Shown here in pieces: positions 34,222 through 42,653 of a DNA stretch of 42,653 nucleotides (position 1 is its first letter; every line of letters starts with the position of its first letter). A program made the translations under genes and the position numbers. Below the pieces are notes generated by a model, which saw only the letters and a list, made by a program, of their open reading frames with translations, made no database searches and was not told the origin of the DNA. This DNA is from a virus. The stretch lies in the IMG/VR virus record IMGVR_UViG_3300045988_129816. The stretch is one strand, 5' to 3'.

Positions 34222-34572
34222 ATGGCAAGAACGAAGAAAGTAGATACTGAAACGACCGTTCAAGAAACAGTATCGGAAGAAATAACAGAAGTTTCCGCAG
34301 TTGAAAATTCAAATGAAGCGGCGGAAAGTCAGGACAAGCCTGAACAAAAAGACGGACAAAAAATATATATAGGAGTATCAGTACCGGGAATGAAATCGGG
34401 AACGGTATTCACAGGGAAAATTCCGAAAGTGATAGATGTAGATTTTGTACGTGAATTATGTGTGCCAGTTAACAAATTAAGTGAAACGCTGAAAAAGAAA
34501 GCTGTTACCGGAAGTCGTGTAGCATACTGCTATCAGCAATCGGCAAAGTTGGCACAGCAACTAAAGAAATAG
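34222..34572 (+). CDS. Hypothetical protein with acidic, disordered N-terminus
   Basis: AGGAGG RBS. Confidence 0.4.
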   Translation: MARTKKVDTETTVQETVSEEITEVSAVENSNEAAESQDKPEQKDGQKIYIGVSVPGMKSGTVFTGKIPKVIDVDFVRELCVPVNKLSETLKKKAVTGSRVAYCYQQSAKLAQQLKK

Positions 34573-34586
34573 GAGGTTAAAATAAT

Positions 34587-36014
34587 ATGGCATATTTACA
34601 CGGAGTATATCCGACAGAAAAAAGCAAAACGGCGGTATCACTATCGACCACTACACAAGTACAAGTGGTTATCGGTACAGCACCGATACATATGTTAGAC
34701 AATCCGTCAGAGGCGGTTAATAAGCCTATACTTTGCGAAAGCAAAGAGGATTGCTATAAAAAGATTGGTTATTCAACCGATTTTTCAAAGTACACATTGT
34801 GTCAATCAATGTTTGCATCGTTCTTTAAAATAGGAGTTGCACCTGTTGTGTTTATAAATGTCTTAGACCCGGAAAAGCACAACAAAGAAGTAACGGACAA
34901 AGAATTTGTTGTACAGGATAATTCGATTTTGATTGACGATGCAGTTATTTTGTCAACGTTAAAATTAACGGCGGCAAGCAATACAATTTCTCACGAAGAT
35001 TATGTGACCGAGTGGGTAGATGAAAAGCTATCGATTATTTTCAAGAATAAAATCGAGGGCAATGTTACGGCAACATACAAGAGCATTGCACCCGAAAAGG
35101 TTACAGAAAATGATATTATCGGTTCATATGATACTGAAACGGGAGTAAGAACGGGTACAGAGTTAATTAAAATGGTGTATCCGATGTATGGCGTAATTCC
35201 GTTTGTGCTTATTGCACCGGGTTGGACAGAAACAGATACCGTTGGTGCGGTTTTAGAACAGAAAACCGAAGAAATCAACGGCTGTTTCAAAGGCATTACC
35301 ATTATAGATTTGGACAGTCAAACAAGCAAAACACGTTCAGCAGTTATAAAAGATAAACAAGCACGAACAGTAAATGCCAACACAATAGCCGTTTATCCAA
35401 AGATAAAAAAGGACGGATATGTATTATCATATTCTGCGTGGTTGGCTGCAATTATAATGAAACAGGCAACGGAAAATGAAGGCGTTTTCTGCAAGTCACC
35501 ATCTAATATCAATATTGATATTGACGATTGTATCACCGCAGACGGTACAAGAGTTTTGTATGATGGCGAAGATGGAAACGAATTGAACGGTGAGGGTATT
35601 GTAACAATCATTGCCCGAAACGGTTGGTATACATGGGGTAATAATACGGCGGTATATCCCGAAATTACCGACACTAAAAGCCGTTGGATAATGGCACGTT
35701 TGGCATTTGCATTTGTTGAAAATGAATTTATAATGTCAAAAATTCAGACCATAGATACAGAATTGTCACCGAAAAACATTGAAAACGCAGTAACCGAAGA
35801 AAATATCAGACTTGCTGCATTAACGGCAGGCGGATATATTTTGGGCGGTACAATGTTATACGACAAGGCAGATAATTCAAATGATTCTATCCTAAACGGA
35901 CAGTTTAAATTCAGAACGCAAATTGCTACAAACATTCCGACAGAAGTTATAGAAAATACGTTTGAATTTGATGCGGAAACCGTGCAAAACGCAATATTAG
36001 GAGGTGAGCAGTAA
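34587..36014 (+). CDS. Contractile tail sheath protein
   Basis: 475 aa; XkdK/Mu-gpL-like sheath pattern; followed by tube. Confidence 0.7.
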   Translation: MAYLHGVYPTEKSKTAVSLSTTTQVQVVIGTAPIHMLDNPSEAVNKPILCESKEDCYKKIGYSTDFSKYTLCQSMFASFFKIGVAPVVFINVLDPEKHNKEVTDKEFVVQDNSILIDDAVILSTLKLTAASNTISHEDYVTEWVDEKLSIIFKNKIEGNVTATYKSIAPEKVTENDIIGSYDTETGVRTGTELIKMVYPMYGVIPFVLIAPGWTETDTVGAVLEQKTEEINGCFKGITIIDLDSQTSKTRSAVIKDKQARTVNANTIAVYPKIKKDGYVLSYSAWLAAIIMKQATENEGVFCKSPSNINIDIDDCITADGTRVLYDGEDGNELNGEGIVTIIARNGWYTWGNNTAVYPEITDTKSRWIMARLAFAFVENEFIMSKIQTIDTELSPKNIENAVTEENIRLAALTAGGYILGGTMLYDKADNSNDSILNGQFKFRTQIATNIPTEVIENTFEFDAETVQNAILGGEQ

Positions 36015-36529
36015 TGGCAACAACAACCATTCCAACACAAATTATTGATTTCAATATATATAACGGACAAAACAAATTAATGGGTACAGGTGATGAAGTT
36101 ACTTTGCCGAAAATTGTCAGTAAAGCATATACGGCGGCATTGGCAGGGGGAGATATTGACCTGCCGGGTTTAACTACGGAAAATATGGAAATGGAAGTGC
36201 CGTTTAATGTATTTGACAAAGAGGTTGCAAGTATAATGAGCATTTCTAAGGTAAATACATTAATAGTTCGTAGTTGTGAGCAGAAAGCGGACACAAAGAC
36301 ACACAATCTGTCTTATGACGGTATAAAAGTAACCGTTCGTGGTTTTACCAAAGAAGTTGATTTAGGAACATTAAAACGTTCCGACAAGATGGATAGTAAA
36401 ATCACAATGACATTAACGTACATAAAAGTTGAAGATAGTTCAACGGTATTCCTTGAAATTGACAAATTCAACGGAACATTTATTGTCAACGGAAAAGATG
36501 TCAGAGAGGGAATAAACAAGTACCTATAA
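36014..36529 (+). CDS. Tail tube protein (XkdM/Mu gpM-like)
   Basis: 171 aa directly after sheath. Confidence 0.6.
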   Translation: MATTTIPTQIIDFNIYNGQNKLMGTGDEVTLPKIVSKAYTAALAGGDIDLPGLTTENMEMEVPFNVFDKEVASIMSISKVNTLIVRSCEQKADTKTHNLSYDGIKVTVRGFTKEVDLGTLKRSDKMDSKITMTLTYIKVEDSSTVFLEIDKFNGTFIVNGKDVREGINKYL

Positions 36530-36554
36530 TGATGCAACGATTGCGGAGGCTACT

Positions 36555-39500
36555 ATGGGAAAAGAATTAGAATTGGCGATTAAAATCGGCGGTAAAATTG
36601 ATAAGTCGTTAGGTTCGGCAATCAACGCCGCCCAAAGTCAATTAAATACCATAAACAAGAGTTTAAACGGAGCAGGAATGGCGATAGCCGCAGGAGTGGC
36701 AACGGTAACGACCAAATTAGTAGTAGACAGTGTTAATACATATAAAGATTATCAATCAGCATTAAACAGTGCGGCGGCAACGGCAGGTGTAGAACGTAGT
36801 ACAGCGGAATACGAAGCTATGGATAAGGCGGCACGAGAGGCAGGGCGTACAACCGTGAAAACGGCACAAGAAAGTGCAAATGCACTTGAATATATGGCAC
36901 TTGCAGGATGGAGTGTTGAAGATAGTACAAAGGCGTTAATGCCCGTATTAAAACTATCTGCTGCAACAGGTGCTGACCTTGCGACTACTTCCGATTTGGT
37001 TACTGACAGTATGGCAAACCTCGGATTAGGTATTGGCGACTTAAACCATTATCTTGATGTGTCGGCAACAGCAAACAACAAATCAAATCAAACTGCTATG
37101 CAGTTACAAGAGGCGTATTTAGGTGTTGGTGGTGTACTAAAAAATCTAAATTCACCGATTGAGGAAAGTGCTGCGGTTTTGGGTGTATTGGCAAACAGAG
37201 GTACAAAGGGCAGTGAAGCAGGTACGGCGTTAAATGCAATTCTTGTTAATATGCAAAAACAAAGTGGTGATGCGTATGAAGCTATGTCAAAACTTGGTGT
37301 GTCAATGTATGACAGTAGCGGCAAAGCACGTTCAATTCTTGATGTATTCCAAGAAATATCAGATAAAACATCAGGAATGACAGAAGAAAATCGAAATTTG
37401 ATGTATCAAATGATAGGTGGCAAATCGCACTTGGACAGTTTTGCTAAAATTATGCAAGGTTTTACCACAGATACGGCAGACGGGCAAAAAGAAGTATACT
37501 CACTTGTAAATGCCTTTAAAGATTGTGACGGGGCATTAGACAAGCTATACGGTATAAAAACCGATACGCTTGAAGGTTCGTTAGCAACATTAAACAGTGC
37601 ATATGATGATATGAAAATATCAATAGGTGAGTCAATCGCTCCAATACTGAAAAATTCAGTTGAGAATTTAACGGCGAAAATACCCGATATTCAAAATATT
37701 ATCATAAATTCATTAGAGAAAATCATACCTGCGGCATCTAAAGTATTAGATTACGTTATTGATAATGCTGATAATATTATTTTAACAATAAAAAATATTG
37801 CCAAAGCGTTTGTGGGTTTTAAAATCGCAAGCGGAACAATTAGAGGTATCAATGATATTATAACGTTGTTTAAGGGATTATCTCAAATCAGTTCAAAGGT
37901 TGGACTTGCAAAAACCTTGAGCGGTGTTATCGGTTCACTTACGGGAATTTCAACTGCCGGAGGTACTGTATCGGGAGTAATAACAGGTATTGCAGGTTCA
38001 TTTGCGGCAGCCGTTGGACCTGCAACATTAGCGGCGGCGGCAATCGTTGGATTTGCAGCAGCAGTTAATGCAATTCATGAGCGTAAAATGAATTATGCAA
38101 ACGGTATGAATGAAGCGGCAGACGGCATAGAAAAAGCCTCTAATGCACTTGTCAAGTATAACGATATAGCGGCGGAAGTTCCTCAACTAAGAGAAGTTAT
38201 AAGCAATCCCGAAAGTTCGACACAAGATGTTGAAAATGCAAAAGCACGGTTACAGGAAATTGCGGATTTATTATCCAAAGAATACAATTTGACTATTAAT
38301 GCAGATACTTCATCTCTTGAAAATGCGGTTAATATAGCACAACAGCTAAGTCGTACAGAGTTGATAAATGACAGCAGCAAATTAATCAACAAAGCAACTA
38401 AAGGTGCATCGAAATATAAAAATGATGTTTCAAATATTCCGGCATTGATGAGTGAACAGCAAATATTAATAGAACAGCAAGGGGTATATCAGAGTTTGCA
38501 GGCAGAAGCAGGAACATATTATACGGCATTTGCCGAAGGGCAGACATCACAACAACAATATATTAACAGAATGAATGAACTGTACAATAGTGCTCGTAAG
38601 GCAGGAATAGAGTTTAATTATTTGGGAGATAAATTGACGATTGACAATGTACAAGGTTTTCGAGAGCAGTTAAGTGGTGGCTTTTTGAAAACAGGACAGG
38701 AAATTGACAATATTACAAAAAAACTCGAAACAGCTAATAAAAATGTAACAGAATTTGATGAAAGCACAAAAAAAGCAGGTGATTATCTTGCACAGGCACT
38801 TGCAAATGATGTGCAGAATAAAAATGTTTATGGTACTGGTTCAGATGTGCAAATGCTTGAACAACTCGGCGAGCAGATGGTTAGAGCAGGAGCAAATACA
38901 GATAAATTAGCAACTCAATTTGCCGCTGCAAAAGCAGGTTATACCGACTTTGAAAAGGCTGTCGGCGAGGGCAAAGCCGCAGAAATGGCACAGAATTTTC
39001 TAAGCTATAAAACTGCAATAGGCGATACTACTGAAAGTGCTGTTCAAGGTGCTGCATTAATTCAAAACGGTTTTGAAAATGTATCACAGGCAACAGCCAA
39101 AGGAAACGATGCAGTATTAGCCGTTATAAATAATATGAAATCTATCGGTGACGTACAAGGATTATTTGACGGATTGGATAATAACGGTGTTGCAGCCAAA
39201 CTAACGGATATGGCACACGCCATGAGTCTAATACCGGAAAATAAATCTATTTCGATAGATGCAAACGGTAATTTTCAAGTTATTCAAGAGGCGGAAAATC
39301 AAATTGCAAGTTTGCAGTCACAGGGAAATGTAAATGTTTCTGTAAATGCGAACGGTGATTTATCGGTTATTAATACGGCAACGAATGATGCGGAAACTCT
39401 AAGTGCCATTGGAGCGGTATCGTTGCAGGTAAATGCAAGCGGTAATATTGATGTACTTGATAATGCACAGCAGAAACTTGCAACGGTTGACTCTAAGACT

Positions 39501-40259
39501 GGTCAAGTAACGTTAGGTGCAAATGATAATGCAACACCAACAATTCAGAATGTACAGAATTTGGCGAATACATTCGGTGCAATGCAAGTTAAACCGACAT
39601 TATCAGCAACAGATAACGCAACTTCAACAATAAATAGTGTATCTCAAAAGTTATCTGCTCTGGACGGTAAAAAGGCAACTACAACGATTGTAACGAAATA
39701 TAAAACGACCGGAACACCGCCGGGACACAGTGCGAGAGGTGCAAACAGTTGGCGAGGCGGTTTGACGTATGTCAACGACCAAATGGTTAATGACCCGAGA
39801 GAAGTTATTGAATACAGAGGTATGCGATATTGGTACGAGGGTGAAAACGTACTTGCTAATGTGCCGAAGGGTGCAAGAATATATACGGCGGCGGAAAGTA
39901 AAGCATTTATTGACGGTTCACACCGCAACGGCTTAGATAGAGTTCCGTTTGATGGATATATTGCAGAATTGCATAAAGATGAGCGTGTGCTTACGGCTGA
40001 CGAGGCAGAGAATTACAGTGAAAACGGTTTATTCTCACAGGCGGTTGAACGTGTTAAGGCATATATGGGTGAAAGTAAATCTGACGGCGGCGGAAATAAT
40101 TCATCAGATGACGGTAGACAGATAATTTTTTCACCACATATTGAAATTAGCGGCAACGGCGATAAAGAAACTGTTATGCAAGGAGTACGAATGACATTTT
40201 CAGAGTTCTGTTCAATGATGGAAGAATATGAACGGGACAGACGAAGAAAACAATTCTAA
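36555..40259 (+). CDS. Tail tape measure protein
   Basis: 1234 aa, Ala/Gly-rich repetitive helical protein between tube and baseplate genes. Confidence 0.85.
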   Translation: MGKELELAIKIGGKIDKSLGSAINAAQSQLNTINKSLNGAGMAIAAGVATVTTKLVVDSVNTYKDYQSALNSAAATAGVERSTAEYEAMDKAAREAGRTTVKTAQESANALEYMALAGWSVEDSTKALMPVLKLSAATGADLATTSDLVTDSMANLGLGIGDLNHYLDVSATANNKSNQTAMQLQEAYLGVGGVLKNLNSPIEESAAVLGVLANRGTKGSEAGTALNAILVNMQKQSGDAYEAMSKLGVSMYDSSGKARSILDVFQEISDKTSGMTEENRNLMYQMIGGKSHLDSFAKIMQGFTTDTADGQKEVYSLVNAFKDCDGALDKLYGIKTDTLEGSLATLNSAYDDMKISIGESIAPILKNSVENLTAKIPDIQNIIINSLEKIIPAASKVLDYVIDNADNIILTIKNIAKAFVGFKIASGTIRGINDIITLFKGLSQISSKVGLAKTLSGVIGSLTGISTAGGTVSGVITGIAGSFAAAVGPATLAAAAIVGFAAAVNAIHERKMNYANGMNEAADGIEKASNALVKYNDIAAEVPQLREVISNPESSTQDVENAKARLQEIADLLSKEYNLTINADTSSLENAVNIAQQLSRTELINDSSKLINKATKGASKYKNDVSNIPALMSEQQILIEQQGVYQSLQAEAGTYYTAFAEGQTSQQQYINRMNELYNSARKAGIEFNYLGDKLTIDNVQGFREQLSGGFLKTGQEIDNITKKLETANKNVTEFDESTKKAGDYLAQALANDVQNKNVYGTGSDVQMLEQLGEQMVRAGANTDKLATQFAAAKAGYTDFEKAVGEGKAAEMAQNFLSYKTAIGDTTESAVQGAALIQNGFENVSQATAKGNDAVLAVINNMKSIGDVQGLFDGLDNNGVAAKLTDMAHAMSLIPENKSISIDANGNFQVIQEAENQIASLQSQGNVNVSVNANGDLSVINTATNDAETLSAIGAVSLQVNASGNIDVLDNAQQKLATVDSKTGQVTLGANDNATPTIQNVQNLANTFGAMQVKPTLSATDNATSTINSVSQKLSALDGKKATTTIVTKYKTTGTPPGHSARGANSWRGGLTYVNDQMVNDPREVIEYRGMRYWYEGENVLANVPKGARIYTAAESKAFIDGSHRNGLDRVPFDGYIAELHKDERVLTADEAENYSENGLFSQAVERVKAYMGESKSDGGGNNSSDDGRQIIFSPHIEISGNGDKETVMQGVRMTFSEFCSMMEEYERDRRRKQF

Positions 40260-40277
40260 ATGAAAGAGGTGGCAACC

Positions 40278-40658
40278 ATGAACGGATATTATACAGGAAA
40301 AATATCAAGTATTGATAAACAAAACGGAAAGGTCAAGGTGACATTTCCGCAAGAAAGTGATGTAGTATCTTCGTGGTTGCCACTACTTGCATTTGAATAT
40401 AATATGCCGGATATTGGCGATTTTGTTGCGGTTATTTTAGACGAAAATGATAACGGAATTTGCTTGGGGAAAATATATTCCAACAGTCAAAAACCATTTT
40501 CAACTGAAAAATATGCAAAGAAGATTGGAAATGTATCTATAATTCAAAAAAATAATGATTTTTCAATTAGATTTGATAATGACAGTTATATAAATTATAG
40601 CAACGGAACAATTACCATAAAGGCTAAGAACGTTAAAATCGTACAGGACGAGGAATAA
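40278..40658 (+). CDS. Baseplate spike gpV-like protein (N-terminal OB-fold part)
   Basis: SSWLPLLAF…PDIGDFVAVIL…CLGKIYS and …FSIRFDNDSYINYSNGTITI co-linear with P2 gpV. Confidence 0.5.
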   Translation: MNGYYTGKISSIDKQNGKVKVTFPQESDVVSSWLPLLAFEYNMPDIGDFVAVILDENDNGICLGKIYSNSQKPFSTEKYAKKIGNVSIIQKNNDFSIRFDNDSYINYSNGTITIKAKNVKIVQDEE

Positions 40659-40661
40659 AAA

Positions 40662-41408
40662 ATGATAAAGGTAAGAGATGTTACAATAAGTGATTTGCTA
40701 CCATACACAATGAAAACACCGAAAAATATCGCATTATCCAAGGCATTTGGTGAAATGACAAGATATTTATATGATACTCTGCAATCTGTTATATTTTGGG
40801 CGGATATTAATTCGGCAGATGATATGTTATTAAATTCAATGGCAGCGGAAATTGATTGCCCGTTTTATGAAAACGGTATGAGCATTGAACAAAAACGAGA
40901 ATTAATTGCGGTGAGTGATATATATAACAGTCGAACGGGAACAACATCGGCTGTTGATAAATTAATTGCCGCCGCATTTAAAAACGGAAATATTCAAGAA
41001 TGGTATGAATACGGCGGAAATCCGTATTGTTTTAAAATCAATATGGATAGCAGTTCGAGTAAATCCGAAATGAATGATTTTAACTATTTTTTTTCAATGC
41101 TGCGGAAGATAAAAAATGCACGTTCAAAGTTGGAAGTAATAAATATATCAAAAGATTTACCTACTTCTGATTTGTACAGTGCTGGTGTCATTACATACAT
41201 TTGTGAAGATGTTACCGTCAAAGCTGATACTACATCTGAAAATGCTATTGCATATTCAGTAGCTAATATTGGCATATATATTTCGGACGTTGAGCAAGGA
41301 CGAAAATATCCGGCACAAAGATATAATACATATGACGATATTAAAAATCTTACAAATGAGCAGATAAAGGACAAAACATTTGCAGAGTTACTATATAAGG
41401 AGGATTAA
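40662..41408 (+). CDS. Tail protein I-like (P2 gpI / XkdU family)
   Basis: DLLPYTMKTPKNIALSKAFGEM… and …SIEQKRELIAVSDIYNSRTGTTSAVDKLIAAAF co-linear with P2 gpI. Confidence 0.55.
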   Translation: MIKVRDVTISDLLPYTMKTPKNIALSKAFGEMTRYLYDTLQSVIFWADINSADDMLLNSMAAEIDCPFYENGMSIEQKRELIAVSDIYNSRTGTTSAVDKLIAAAFKNGNIQEWYEYGGNPYCFKINMDSSSSKSEMNDFNYFFSMLRKIKNARSKLEVINISKDLPTSDLYSAGVITYICEDVTVKADTTSENAIAYSVANIGIYISDVEQGRKYPAQRYNTYDDIKNLTNEQIKDKTFAELLYKED

Positions 41409-41413
41409 TTAAC

Positions 41414-42439
41414 ATGGCTAATATACCGACAATAGATACCGTAAAATTAACGGCGAAAGGTTTGCGACTGTTGGCAAAAGTACAATCGGGAGCAACAATG
41501 TATTTTGTGAGAGCGGCAATCGGTGACGGATTTATGCAAGACGGGCAAGATGTCGCTGATTTGACAGAAATGGTTCACGAAGTACCATCACACCAAACAG
41601 GAACAACCGCATCATCAGCTACTGTTGATTTGACGAAAGCAGTGGTTGAAAAAGACGGAACTGTTTCAGTGCGTGTGAAAATAAAAAACGGTGATACCGC
41701 ATTTTATATGCGTGAATTAGGTATTATCGCAAAGGACCCTGACGAGGGAGAAATATTGTACGCATATATTAATTTTGGTGATGGTGCGAGTGCTATGCCG
41801 GCATTTGACGGAAGTACATATATTGTGCGAAATATTCAAATGTCTTTTATTGTTTCAAATGCTGCAAACGTTGAGGCAAATATAACATTAGCAGCGGAAG
41901 TGTCGTATGACGATTTTATGGCACATAAAAATGCAAATGTTTTAGACCACCCGGACGGTTGTGTTACCACAGAAAAACTTGCAAACAGTTCTGTTACGGG
42001 TTTAAAACTTGCAGGCAGTGTGGTAACATTGGATAAACTCAATAATGATGTTCACACAAAATTTGATGGATTGGAAAAAGCAATTCAAAAAATCAATTCA
42101 ACCAAAAAAATTGATTTGGAATATTCCATAAGCCAAGGCTCAAGCGGTTATAATTTTGTTATAAAACCTAAAGTGAATTATATAGCAAGAAAAGAAGTAT
42201 CAGGTACTGCAACATATCCTTCGCAATCAATAGATAAATGCTATATGTATATATGTTATAACTATGACAGTGACAGTATATCGTTGATATGCGGTACAAC
42301 TGTATCGGGCAGAGGACCACAACCACCGGATAACTATATTCTTTCGGCTGAAATTTCATCAAGTTCGGATTGCGGCAATTTTGAATATCACAGCTTAATT
42401 CAAAAAGATGACGATGGCAATGCCGAAGTCGTGCAGTGA
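41414..42439 (+). CDS. Tail fibre protein (P2 gpH-like N-terminal domain)
   Basis: …AAIGDGF…LTEMVHEV…FYMRELGIIAKDPDEGEILYAY… co-linear with P2 gpH N-terminus. Confidence 0.6.
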   Translation: MANIPTIDTVKLTAKGLRLLAKVQSGATMYFVRAAIGDGFMQDGQDVADLTEMVHEVPSHQTGTTASSATVDLTKAVVEKDGTVSVRVKIKNGDTAFYMRELGIIAKDPDEGEILYAYINFGDGASAMPAFDGSTYIVRNIQMSFIVSNAANVEANITLAAEVSYDDFMAHKNANVLDHPDGCVTTEKLANSSVTGLKLAGSVVTLDKLNNDVHTKFDGLEKAIQKINSTKKIDLEYSISQGSSGYNFVIKPKVNYIARKEVSGTATYPSQSIDKCYMYICYNYDSDSISLICGTTVSGRGPQPPDNYILSAEISSSSDCGNFEYHSLIQKDDDGNAEVVQ

Positions 42440-42449
42440 GGTGATTGTT

Positions 42450-42653
42450 ATGGCAACGACAACAGAAAAGGGATTTAAAATTCCGGGATATGCTGACAAG
42501 GCAGACGTTCCCGGAATGGTAAAAGACAATGTAGAAACTGCGGAAGAACACCTAAAAGCCATTTCAAAATCAATGTCAGACATATCATCCAATATTAATT
42601 CATTAGACAGTACACTGCAAATAATGAATACACAATTAGGTACTATGTCAGAT
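42450..42653 (+). CDS. 5' part of junction-spanning small coiled-coil protein (continues at 1-141); tail-fibre assembly/accessory candidate
   Basis: ATG 42450 behind GTGAGGTGATTG; frame continuous across the 99-bp terminal repeat. Confidence 0.5.
   Translation, partial: MATTTEKGFKIPGYADKADVPGMVKDNVETAEEHLKAISKSMSDISSNINSLDSTLQIMNTQLGTMSD

Noticed and set aside
40260-40277. ATG 40260 as gpV-like gene start
   Set aside because: No RBS. AAAGAGGTGG precedes ATG 40278.
1-42653. CRISPR arrays, rRNA/tRNA genes, transposases
   Set aside because: No spaced direct-repeat arrays, no tRNA-like cloverleafs and no transposase/IS signatures were seen on either strand.

Overview
The window is a complete, circularly closed or terminally redundant temperate myophage or prophage genome from an AT-rich Firmicutes (Clostridia/Bacilli-like) host. 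Bases 1-99 are identical to 42555-42653, so the genome unit is about 42,554 bp. One small gene runs across the junction (42450 to 141). All functional calls are from motif-level reading and remembered family signatures, not from a search.

Reading rightwards, the modules are:
- Tail-fibre-distal adhesin-like protein (165-1235) and two small membrane proteins.
- A PBSX-like lysis cassette: an S26 signal peptidase I homologue (atypical N-terminus), XhlA, a small holin and an Amidase_3 endolysin.
- An AT-rich, self-contained single-gene moron (3749-4843) with its own consensus promoter, hairpin terminators on both sides and an Rx4H HEPN/Abi_2-like motif.
- A minus-strand lysogeny operon: large serine recombinase (int) with a candidate attP palindrome, two paralogous zinc-ribbon/TM/extracytoplasmic-domain proteins in the classic superinfection-exclusion position, and an XRE-type cI-like repressor.
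- A textbook divergent cI/cro switch: consensus -35/-10 promoters and three operator palindromes phased exactly 32 bp apart.
- An early/replication and host-takeover block: an SF2 helicase fused to a beta-class amino-MTase, a phage DnaN sliding clamp, a C5-cytosine MTase with five tandem 'EPLxTIT' TRD-like repeats, a J-domain protein, a Lar-zinc-finger/MazG fusion, an alpha-CTD-like HhH protein, a HUH Rep-like protein and a VRR-NUC nuclease.
- An ArpU-like late regulator followed by a ~420-bp structured non-coding region that is a candidate cos region.
- A structural module: TerS, lambda GpA-type TerL, lambda-B-type portal, HK97-type protease and capsid, contractile sheath, tube, tape measure, and P2-like gpV, gpI and gpH baseplate/fibre genes.

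The gene order is unusual. The inner-baseplate genes (Baseplate_J; LysM gpX-like; gpD/XkdQ-like hub; gp25-like wedge) are not next to the tail genes but are interleaved with terminase, portal and head genes.

No rRNA, tRNA or CRISPR was found.
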